From Planctomycetota bacterium (lineage in GTDB: Bacteria; Planctomycetota; Phycisphaerae; Phycisphaerales; SM1A02), in contig JAPLMU010000129.1 in assembly GCA_026386795.1 (NCBI GenBank), positions 7,497-71,496 of the forward strand: 64,000 nucleotides of DNA, in the 5' to 3' direction. The position numbers and the translations under genes are program-made. Positions 8,819 through 16,736 of this stretch are shown in pieces. Under the pieces are notes generated by a model. The model saw only the letters and a program-made list of their open reading frames with translations. It had not been told where the DNA came from and did no database searches. How positions within the stretch are numbered: the first letter of the stretch is position 1; the number at the start of each line of letters is the position of its first letter.

Positions 8819-10230
8819 TTGGTGAGGCCAGGTGCCTTGGTGCCGGAGCCCTTGGAATCAGCCGCCTTCGAATCAGGAGCGGCTGCGCCAGCATCCTTCA
8901 CCCCAAGCGCCTTGTTGACGTCCGTGGTGAGCTTGCTGACCATCTCTGGGTCGTAACCCATGTGCGAACTCACCAGCATGCCGTCCGCACCGATGATGAT
9001 GCAGGCCGGAATTCCTTGGAAGCCATACTGCATGATCAGCTTGGCCTCTGGGTCCATCGCGACATTCATCGTGAATGCCTGCTTGGTCCAGAAATCCGTC
9101 ACTTTCTTGGTGAGCTCGTCGCCCTTCTGCTGTTCCCAGACATTGACGGCATAGATGGCAACCTTGTCATTGCCCTTCATCTGATCCGCGAACGTCTGCA
9201 GAAGCGGAAGCCCCTTGCGACATGGTCCGCACCAGGTGGCCCAGAAATCAATCACCACCACCTTGCCTTTGAGCGACGCAAGGTCAAGCGTCTTGCCATC
9301 AAGCATGGTGAGCACGCCGAGCGGCGCAGCTTGTCCGTCCTTGACGGTGATGCCTGGAGCAGGCTCATCAGCAGGAGGCGTGAAGAGGTCTTCCAACTTT
9401 GCAACACTGACTCGCTTGCCGGCGTCGAAGGAAATCGGCGTCTTCAAAGCTTCTGCTGATGGCGCGCACTTCACGATGAAACCGATACGCACAGTCGCAG
9501 GCAAACCATCCGGAGTCATCTGCATGTTGAAACCGGTGATGAAATTCGTCTTGGAATCAAATGAAACCACGCCCTCCGCGGCGGTGCCACCAACAAGAAT
9601 CTCTTGCTTGCCGTCGTACTCGCGGAAGCCCTTGATGGCCACTCCACCCTTTGCGCCCATTGCGAACGCATCAGTGATTTTTGAACCGGCCGCTGGCTGA
9701 CGCATGGCCAACGCGGGCGCTGGCAGCGAGAACCCGGGCAGCATGGCGATGAGCGTGGCGTTTGCGTTGCCCTCAATCTTCTTCGAGAGGTACTTGTCCG
9801 CCGGCTGATCTGGCACAAAGTAGACCGTTCCACCTGTTGAAACAATTTGCAGGCTGCCCATCTTGATGAGCATTTCATCACCTGTGCCGAAACTCATGTC
9901 AATCACCTCGTTCTGCTCGCCGTCGGGCATGGCGATGGTGAGTTCTGTGTGATCGGTGAGATTCTTCGCAGCCTGGTAGGCCTTCTGCGCTGCTTCAAGT
10001 ACCGCGGCGCCGCGCTTACAGGCAGACTCGGTCCTGTCGGCATCGCCCCAACCGGCAGACGGCAACGGCATGGACTTCGGTCCCATAGATGGAGCGCCGG
10101 TGACCTGGTCCACTTGACCCGCCATGCGCGTCGGCGCGGGCGTGTCGCTTTGCGCGCACACACTAGCGCACATGGAAGCGGACAGAACAAGGGCGGTGCC
10201 GAAGAGACCAGTAGTGGGCGAGGTGCGCAT
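8815..10230 (-). CDS. TlpA-family thiol-disulfide oxidoreductase with a large N-terminal domain
   Basis: ATG 10230 is preceded by AGGAAA. Signal peptide MRTSPTTGLFGTALVLSASMCASVCA. Thioredoxin motif FWATWCGPCRKGLP. The ~330-aa N-domain has no motif I recognise; LolA/DUF2092-like is only a guess. Confidence 0.75.
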   Translation of the reverse strand: MRTSPTTGLFGTALVLSASMCASVCAQSDTPAPTRMAGQVDQVTGAPSMGPKSMPLPSAGWGDADRTESACKRGAAVLEAAQKAYQAAKNLTDHTELTIAMPDGEQNEVIDMSFGTGDEMLIKMGSLQIVSTGGTVYFVPDQPADKYLSKKIEGNANATLIAMLPGFSLPAPALAMRQPAAGSKITDAFAMGAKGGVAIKGFREYDGKQEILVGGTAAEGVVSFDSKTNFITGFNMQMTPDGLPATVRIGFIVKCAPSAEALKTPISFDAGKRVSVAKLEDLFTPPADEPAPGITVKDGQAAPLGVLTMLDGKTLDLASLKGKVVVIDFWATWCGPCRKGLPLLQTFADQMKGNDKVAIYAVNVWEQQKGDELTKKVTDFWTKQAFTMNVAMDPEAKLIMQYGFQGIPACIIIGADGMLVSSHMGYDPEMVSKLTTDVNKALGVKDAGAAAPDSKAADSKGSGTKAPGLTK

Positions 10231-10276
10231 GGAATTTCCTAAAGAGATGCCTGCCGAACGGTCACGCCCGAACGGC

Positions 10277-10849
10277 TCAGTCGGAACCAAAGTGTACGGG
10301 GGGTACCGCGGCAAGGCGCGCCAATTCAGGGTCAAGTTCCGCGAGTGGAAGCAGAACAAACGGGCGTTCGTGCATCCGCGGGTGCGGCACGGTGAGACCG
10401 GGGGCGTCAACGCGCAACAGGGCGTGCGGGACCGGCGCGGCGGGTGTGGCAGTTGCGGCGGGTGCGCCAGATGTAGTGGGTTTGTTTGCGCCCCAAATCA
10501 GAATGTCGAGGTCAAGGGTGCGCGGACCAAAGCGAACCTCGCGGGTACGGTCGCGACCACGCTGGCATTCGATTTCCAGAAGCGTTGCAAGGAGCGCATT
10601 CGGCGACAACTCGGTGCTGATTTCCGCAACCGCATTGAGGTACGGCCCCTGCCCCGGCGGCCCGACCGGCGCGGTCTCATGAATTGATGAGTGACGAATG
10701 AGCCGCATGCCAGCGGTTGATCCAAGTGCACGGAATGCATGTTCCATGTGCGCGGTACGATCGCCCACATTTGATCCAAGTGCTACAAATACATTCACTG
10801 GATGATGCGGATTTGCATGTGGATCAACAGTGCGCGGCTCATCCATCAC
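10277..10849 (-). CDS. folK: 2-amino-4-hydroxy-6-hydroxymethyldihydropteridine diphosphokinase (HPPK)
   Basis: VFVALGSNVGDR, PYLNAVAEI, GPRTLDLDIL and LTVPHPRMHERPFVLLPLAEL align with E. coli FolK. Confidence 0.9.
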   Translation of the reverse strand: MMDEPRTVDPHANPHHPVNVFVALGSNVGDRTAHMEHAFRALGSTAGMRLIRHSSIHETAPVGPPGQGPYLNAVAEISTELSPNALLATLLEIECQRGRDRTREVRFGPRTLDLDILIWGANKPTTSGAPAATATPAAPVPHALLRVDAPGLTVPHPRMHERPFVLLPLAELDPELARLAAVPPVHFGSD

Positions 10850-12195
10850 GCGCGCTCCCAGAGAATGGGCGCATGCTCGCCGCGTAGCAACCAGCGTGCC
10901 AATTGCAGCGCAGTCTTCGCAGCGCGATCGCGGACGATGTCACGTGCGCCAGGGAATTCGAAACGGCGCGCGTGGGTGCTCGGGCGAGCGTGAGTAGCAA
11001 CGCCGGCACCCGTGCCTGCGCTAACGCCTGCACCTGCGCCAACGCCCGCATCATGCAGGCCAATCCACACCGTTCCAACTGGTTTGTCGAGCGAACCGCC
11101 GCTTGGACCAGCAACGCCGCTCACGGAAATTGCGAACGACGCGCCGGAGCGCTCGCACGCCCCGCGCGCCATCGCCATGACGGCCTCGCGACTCACCGCC
11201 CCGTGGTGCGCAATCACCTGCGGATCAACGCCGAGTTGCGCTTCCTTCATGGCGTTGGAATAGGTGATCCAACCACCAAGAAAGACATCGCTTGAACCAG
11301 AAATTGCAGTCAACATGCTGCCAATCAGGCCTCCTGTGCAACTCTCGGCAACGGCCAAGGTGCGTCCGCGCGCGCGACATTCGTCTAAGAGCGTGGATGC
11401 GATGGTTGCATCAACGGAACCAAATCCATACGGTGCAACTGCTGCCATGCACTCCGCGACTTCCCGATCCGCACGCGCCGCAGCGTCAGCGCCGCGCGCT
11501 ACCACCTGAATTGAAACCACCGATCCACTCGCCGTGGTGCCGACCGCTGGCTCGCGACCACGGGTCATGCGCGCGCCGAGCATTTCAGCAAGCGCACTTT
11601 CACCGATACCGAACGAGCCGAGCGTTCGCTTGGCAATCATGGGAGCGCCAACTGGTCGTACTGCTGGCAGCACTTCCGCTTCAAGCATCGGAATCATTTC
11701 ACGCGGCGGACCGGGCAAGCAGAACACGCGACACGCACCAATGCTGGCTGCGAGCCCCGGGGCTGTGCCTTCCAAGTTACGAATGATGCGCGCCGAACGC
11801 GGCCGCATTGCTTGCCGAAGATTGATCGCCGCCATAGCGCGACCGCGACCAGCAAACCACGACTCAAGATCCGCGCGCGCCACTGCGTCTTCCACTTGCG
11901 GAGCATCATCATCAATGATCTGGTTCAAGGCATCGCGCGTAAGGTCGTCATCAGTTGGCCCGAGCCCGCCGGTTGAAATAACCACCGACGCATAGCCCGC
12001 AAGCACTCGAAACGCAGCAACAATTGCCGCGCGATCATCACGGACCGTGCGATGCTCAATGACATCAATTCCTGCTTCGCGCAGCGCAATGGAGAGCGCA
12101 CGCCCATTTGTATCGAGCGTGGTTCCAAGCACCAGCTCATCGCCGATAGAAAGGATGCACGCTGTTGGCGGCTGACTCTCTTGCATGGTGGTCAC
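10846..12195 (-). CDS. cinA: CinA family protein (MoCF-binding domain plus nicotinamide-nucleotide amidohydrolase PncC domain)
   Basis: ILSIGDELVLGTTLDTNG at the N-terminus. LAVAESCTGGLIG and GTVWIGL lie in the PncC-like C-terminal half. Confidence 0.9.
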   Translation of the reverse strand: MTTMQESQPPTACILSIGDELVLGTTLDTNGRALSIALREAGIDVIEHRTVRDDRAAIVAAFRVLAGYASVVISTGGLGPTDDDLTRDALNQIIDDDAPQVEDAVARADLESWFAGRGRAMAAINLRQAMRPRSARIIRNLEGTAPGLAASIGACRVFCLPGPPREMIPMLEAEVLPAVRPVGAPMIAKRTLGSFGIGESALAEMLGARMTRGREPAVGTTASGSVVSIQVVARGADAAARADREVAECMAAVAPYGFGSVDATIASTLLDECRARGRTLAVAESCTGGLIGSMLTAISGSSDVFLGGWITYSNAMKEAQLGVDPQVIAHHGAVSREAVMAMARGACERSGASFAISVSGVAGPSGGSLDKPVGTVWIGLHDAGVGAGAGVSAGTGAGVATHARPSTHARRFEFPGARDIVRDRAAKTALQLARWLLRGEHAPILWERA

Positions 12196-13739
12196 TGCGC
12201 GTGGCTCCTTGATATCTCAATGACACGCCGGAAATTCGCCGCGCACGCTTCAGTCAGAATGCGCCGCAATACATCAGCCGGCGCATCATTCGCGCCCCAA
12301 AGACCGAATTCTTTCCACTTGCCGCGCATCCATCCATCGCGCACCGTTGCAAGCGACGGCTCGTCGGCAAGGTTAAGCGTGGTGCCATTGGGGCCAGGCA
12401 CCAACGGCATCGCGTCGAACGCTTCAAGCATGGCGCGCAACGTTGGATCTTTCGCGTCGGCGGCCATGAACATACGGCCGTCGTGCGGATACTCGGGATG
12501 CGCTGCAATCAACGCCCATGCCTCGCGCAACAGCGAACGATTTTCCATGGCCATGGCAACAAAGAGTGGCACAACAAATGATCGGAAGTTGGGATTGGCA
12601 TTGGGAATCGCTTGCGCCAATTTCCAAGGATCAACCTTGTCAATGAAGCGGGCCTGATCGCTCGCATATACGGCGCGACTGATCGGCAGTCTGCGCAAAG
12701 AGAATTGCCGCGGACCTCCCTGAGAACCCGGCGGATACTGCCAGAGGCATTGCCCCTCTGGAGAAAGCACAAACTCAATGAATCGCCGCGCGGTTTCCGG
12801 ATGAGGCGCCCCGCGAAGCATGGCCACCGGATCTGGATCAATCGCGGTCTTTCCAGCCGGATCGATATAGCCAACGCGCCCCGGCGATCCGCCGTCTGCG
12901 ACCACCTGCTGCTGATAGCGACCGTAGAAATCAATGCATAGACCCTCGGCTGCATCGCCCTGCGAAACATCCATCGGGGTGCGCGGTCCGCCTGCCGAGA
13001 TGGACCGCGCGTTGGCAGAAGCGCGCCGAAGGATCGCCCATCCGCGTTGCCAACCTTCACGCAGAAGAATGGTTTCCATGGCAGATGCAATGCTGCCCGA
13101 CTGCGCAGGATTCACTAACGAAACCTGATCCTGCAAGCGCGGATCGGCAAGCGCAGACCACTCAGTTGGGTGCGCAATACCCATGCGATTGAGCATCTCC
13201 GCGTTGTAAACAATGCCGAAAGCGCTCAATGCCGTGCCGAACCACGCGCGCCCCGGGTCATAAAGCGTTCGCCCGGCAATCGAATTTTCGCCGTAGACCG
13301 CGTCGAGCCACGCTTGATCAAATTCCACCGGAACCAGCACTGTGCTGCTGCGCACTTCGCCGTTCACTTCTGTAGAGAGTGGCTTGGCCATCTGCTCAAA
13401 GTCATAACTTCCGCCGCCAAAGAGCAAGTCCGCGCTGCCGCCCGGAGGCGTGCCATCACGCAATGATGCAATAGTGCTTGCCTCAAGCATCTTTCGAATT
13501 TCAGTTGCGCCGCCCGGCATGTTCCAAATCACTTGCGCCGGTGTTCCAAACTTCGCCTGATGCCACCGAGAAAATCCTTCTGCGAACTCCACCCGGATCT
13601 GCTCATTGTTCGGTGTGACGATGATGACCGTGGCAGCATCCTTGGGCGCCTTCGCCTCTCCGCGCCGTGCAATCACTGGTACTGCGAGGAGCACAAGCAT
13701 CATCAACGCCAGCGCCGCACCCACAACGCGGCTACTCAT
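12192..13739 (-). CDS. extracellular solute-binding protein (ABC-type, type-2 periplasmic binding fold); no permease or ATPase adjacent
   Basis: N-terminal signal anchor MSSRVVGAALALMMLVLLAVPV. General resemblance to iron/polyamine-type binding proteins. The call rests on overall similarity only. Confidence 0.5.
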   Translation of the reverse strand: MSSRVVGAALALMMLVLLAVPVIARRGEAKAPKDAATVIIVTPNNEQIRVEFAEGFSRWHQAKFGTPAQVIWNMPGGATEIRKMLEASTIASLRDGTPPGGSADLLFGGGSYDFEQMAKPLSTEVNGEVRSSTVLVPVEFDQAWLDAVYGENSIAGRTLYDPGRAWFGTALSAFGIVYNAEMLNRMGIAHPTEWSALADPRLQDQVSLVNPAQSGSIASAMETILLREGWQRGWAILRRASANARSISAGGPRTPMDVSQGDAAEGLCIDFYGRYQQQVVADGGSPGRVGYIDPAGKTAIDPDPVAMLRGAPHPETARRFIEFVLSPEGQCLWQYPPGSQGGPRQFSLRRLPISRAVYASDQARFIDKVDPWKLAQAIPNANPNFRSFVVPLFVAMAMENRSLLREAWALIAAHPEYPHDGRMFMAADAKDPTLRAMLEAFDAMPLVPGPNGTTLNLADEPSLATVRDGWMRGKWKEFGLWGANDAPADVLRRILTEACAANFRRVIEISRSHAQ

Positions 13740-14650
13740 GCTCGTACGCCCAACGCAGAACCAATTTGCGTTCGAAGATCCTCCGCGGCGCGGCGCACTG
13801 CTTCATGCCACGCACGGTCCGCCGCATTGAATGCATAGATCACTGATCGACTTGCCGTCACAAGTGCCCCACGACCATCGGAACGGAAACACGGCAGCAC
13901 ATCATCAACGCCACCACCCTGCGCACCAAAGCCTGGAACCAAGAAGATTTGCTGCGGCATGCGAATGCGCAACGCGGCGGCGTCGGTTGGCTTTGTTGCA
14001 CCGACAACCGCGCCGAGTGCACTGAATCCAGCGGTTCCCACTGATGCTGCGCCGATCGACGCAACCATGTCTGCCACTGCTTCGGCCACCGTGCGCCCGT
14101 CAGCCAATCGCAATGATTGCACCGCGTCGCCCGATGGGTTTGAAGTACGCACTAATGCAAATGCTCCGTGACCCTGACCAACAAACGGTGTCAATGAATC
14201 GGCACCGAGGTATGCACTGACCGTTGTCCAATCAGCGCAATATGCATCGCGCGCACTCGCGGCGTAGTGGTCGGCACTGATTCCAATATCGCCGCGCTTG
14301 AAATCAAGAATCACTTCAAGACCGTCAACTGCGCGCGCGTGTTCAAGAACGCTTGCAAGCGCCGTCACGCCCGCCGGTCCGTGCCGCTCAAAGCATGCCG
14401 CCTGAATCTTGACCGCAGGAACGATGCCCGCGACTGCATCAATCACGCCGCGCGAGAACTCCCCAATGGCGTTCGCCGCTGCCGCGTGACCCGGCGCGGG
14501 ACGAAGGACGGCCGGCAGTTTTTCTGCCACCGGATCAAGACCCACACAGACAGGCGCGCCGGCCGCTTCGATACGGGCCAGAAGTCGATCGGCTGCGTTC
14601 GCGGGTGCGTGGGTGGTGGCGTTCGCAGAGTTGATGTTTGGGGCGGTCAT
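13736..14650 (-). CDS. pyrF: orotidine-5'-phosphate decarboxylase, type 2
   Basis: Motifs VCVGLDP, LDFKRGDIG and LVRTSNPSG. About 300 aa. Confidence 0.85.
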   Translation of the reverse strand: MTAPNINSANATTHAPANAADRLLARIEAAGAPVCVGLDPVAEKLPAVLRPAPGHAAAANAIGEFSRGVIDAVAGIVPAVKIQAACFERHGPAGVTALASVLEHARAVDGLEVILDFKRGDIGISADHYAASARDAYCADWTTVSAYLGADSLTPFVGQGHGAFALVRTSNPSGDAVQSLRLADGRTVAEAVADMVASIGAASVGTAGFSALGAVVGATKPTDAAALRIRMPQQIFLVPGFGAQGGGVDDVLPCFRSDGRGALVTASRSVIYAFNAADRAWHEAVRRAAEDLRTQIGSALGVRA

Positions 14651-14694
14651 CGCGTCCGAAGTCTAGAGCCAGCGGCGTCACTCAGCCCGCGCCG

Positions 14695-14700
14695 TAGAAT
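14695..14700 (+). promoter_or_regulatory. -10-like TAGAAT, 6 nt upstream of ATG 14707 (leaderless candidate)
   Basis: TAGAAT-caggac-ATG, with no room for a Shine-Dalgarno sequence. Confidence 0.4.
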
Positions 14701-14706
14701 CAGGAC

Positions 14707-15084
14707 ATGCACGCGGATGAATCCCACGCACCGCAGGAACAACCCCCGGCAACGCCGGCAGCGTTGGCTCCGGCACATCTTGACCTTGACCGGGAAAAAG
14801 GCCTCGGGATCACCTGGGCTGACGGCCGTGAATCGTTCTATCCGATTGCGTATCTGCGCCGCCGTAGCCCAAGCGCCGATGCAAAAGTGCTGCGCGAAGA
14901 AATGGCGCGTAACCCGCTCACGGTCCTTCCCGCCGGTCGCTCCAACGGCCCACTCACTGCGCTGGGCGCCGAACTGGTTGGGAACTACGCCGTTCGTATT
15001 CGGTTCAGCGATGGCCACTCCACTGGCATCTACAGTTGGACATACCTGCGCTCCATCGATCCCGCGCTTGAGGCGCGCACGTGA
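14707..15084 (+). CDS. DUF971 domain protein (gamma-butyrobetaine-hydroxylase-like N-terminal domain)
   Basis: LGITWADGRESFYPIAYLRRRSPSA and GNYAVRIRFSDGHSTGIYSWTYLRSI. Confidence 0.8.
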   Translation: MHADESHAPQEQPPATPAALAPAHLDLDREKGLGITWADGRESFYPIAYLRRRSPSADAKVLREEMARNPLTVLPAGRSNGPLTALGAELVGNYAVRIRFSDGHSTGIYSWTYLRSIDPALEART

Positions 15085-15599
15085 GCAGCTCGCCACTCAT
15101 TCCTGACGCAACACTCTTTCCGCCGACCGGAAGCACCATTGCGCATCCACGTCCATTTGCGATGCGGCTCGTGCCTTCAGCCGATGGAGTGAGTCGCGAA
15201 GTAGCACACATCAATAATGTGGAATACGTGCGATGGGTCGATCGCGCAGCAGAGTTGCACGCAGACTCACTTGGGCACACGCGCGAGTTCCTCTTAGCAA
15301 GCGGACGCATGTGGTTTGTTGCTCGCCATGAAGTGGACTACTGCGCGGAGGTGTTCCCTGGCGATGAACTTCATGTCTTCACATGGATTCGTTCCGTCAG
15401 CCGCGTGACATCATGGCGCGACACCACCATTCTGCGCGCGCGGGATGGCGTCGTCGTCTGTCGCGCTACTACATGCTGGGCACTGGTTGATTTGGTAACC
15501 CGAAAGCCTGCACGCATTCCGGCTGACATGCTCCTCGCATTCCAACCACTGGAGGCAGGATGCACGTCGCGCTCGTCGTCGATCCCGAACGGCTTGTAA
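15081..15599 (+). CDS. acyl-CoA thioesterase, hotdog fold (4HBT/YbgC-like)
   Basis: HINNVEYVRWVDRAAELH and the overall length fit. The start overlaps the upstream stop by 4 bp. Confidence 0.6.
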   Translation: MSSSPLIPDATLFPPTGSTIAHPRPFAMRLVPSADGVSREVAHINNVEYVRWVDRAAELHADSLGHTREFLLASGRMWFVARHEVDYCAEVFPGDELHVFTWIRSVSRVTSWRDTTILRARDGVVVCRATTCWALVDLVTRKPARIPADMLLAFQPLEAGCTSRSSSIPNGL

Positions 15600-16642
15600 C
15601 TGACGCCGCTGCAGTGCAACGCTTGGCCGTTGCACTTGCTGGCGACGGTGTTCGCGTCCGGCGCATCCTTCCGCCCGCGCGTGATGAAGCGCCGCTCTTG
15701 CGGTTGATTGCAGCTTCCACATTTGACTTTGACAGCTCGCTGCTCTTTCGACCATCGCGCCTTGGAGCGCTGAGTTCATCGCTCGAGGAAGACCCACCGG
15801 AAGTCTTTGTGAGTTTCGGCGCGCGCGCATTCATTGCTGCCGCGGAATTGGCTGATGACATGGACGCCGGCCTCGTTGCCATGGTTTCCACTTCGGATGA
15901 ACTCGATGCCACGGCGCTGAAGCGACATACCGGTCGACTCGATTTAGTGTGCGCGGCAACAGCATCCATCGCAGCCCGTGCCGCGCGTGTTGTTGGTGAA
16001 CAAATGGTCACCGTGCTACCGCTCGGCGTACCGGTGCCCTCGCGGCGCGATGCTTTCCTTGCCAGCCCGCAAAGCTTGGCGATCGCCGGAAGCGGGCGCG
16101 ACGTCGGCGCATACCGCGCGGTGTTTGCGGCGATTGCAGATGTGATGCCGGCGCTACCAGAGTTCCAAGTTGCAATTGAACTGCCACCCGGGCACGACCC
16201 ACGACTCTGGGCGCTCGCGCGCGAGTTCGGCGTACAGCGTGTTCTGAACGGGGTCTCTCGCCTCGAGATGGTGCGCCCACTTGCACTTGCGTGCGGGGTA
16301 TTCGCCTTGCCCGAAGCTGTTCATGGAGTCCGCCCGATTGTGCTTGAAGCCATGGGTCTTGGCCGAACTGTCGTGGCGATGGCTGACCCGTTCGCGGACA
16401 ACCTGATTGACGGCGTCACGGCCTTAGTAGTAGAAGAGCGCGACGCTCGCGAGTGGACAGCGCAACTGACCAAGGCCATGCTTGATCCGAAGATTGCAGG
16501 CGCGGTGGGCGCTGAGGGCGCGACCCGAACTGCAGCGGGATTCGGATCTGCGCGCTGCGCGGATCAACTTGCCGCAGCCTGCGAATCGATCCTGCGCGGA
16601 CCATCGATTCCATTCCCGGGAACGAGCACCGCAAAGGCATAG
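15560..16642 (+). CDS. glycosyltransferase (GT-B, family 1/4-like)
   Basis: The C-terminal half (FALPEAVHGVRPIVLEAMGLGRTVVA, GVTALVV) resembles GT4 nucleotide-sugar binding domains. Confidence 0.6.
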   Translation: MHVALVVDPERLVTDAAAVQRLAVALAGDGVRVRRILPPARDEAPLLRLIAASTFDFDSSLLFRPSRLGALSSSLEEDPPEVFVSFGARAFIAAAELADDMDAGLVAMVSTSDELDATALKRHTGRLDLVCAATASIAARAARVVGEQMVTVLPLGVPVPSRRDAFLASPQSLAIAGSGRDVGAYRAVFAAIADVMPALPEFQVAIELPPGHDPRLWALAREFGVQRVLNGVSRLEMVRPLALACGVFALPEAVHGVRPIVLEAMGLGRTVVAMADPFADNLIDGVTALVVEERDAREWTAQLTKAMLDPKIAGAVGAEGATRTAAGFGSARCADQLAAACESILRGPSIPFPGTSTAKA

Positions 16643-16736
16643 GTGCTGCGGTCCAGCGCGCTTGTATGCAGCGCGAAGACCGCGCGAACCAAGAACACCC
16701 CGTGCACCGCTCGCCATTTGCGGCGACAATTCGCGG

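Noticed and set aside
10254-10275. Two copies of CCGAACGG, 14 bp apart, between folK and the TlpA-like gene as a regulator binding site
   Set aside because: An 8-mer pair in GC-rich DNA is too weak on its own. It is mentioned only as part of the operon finding.
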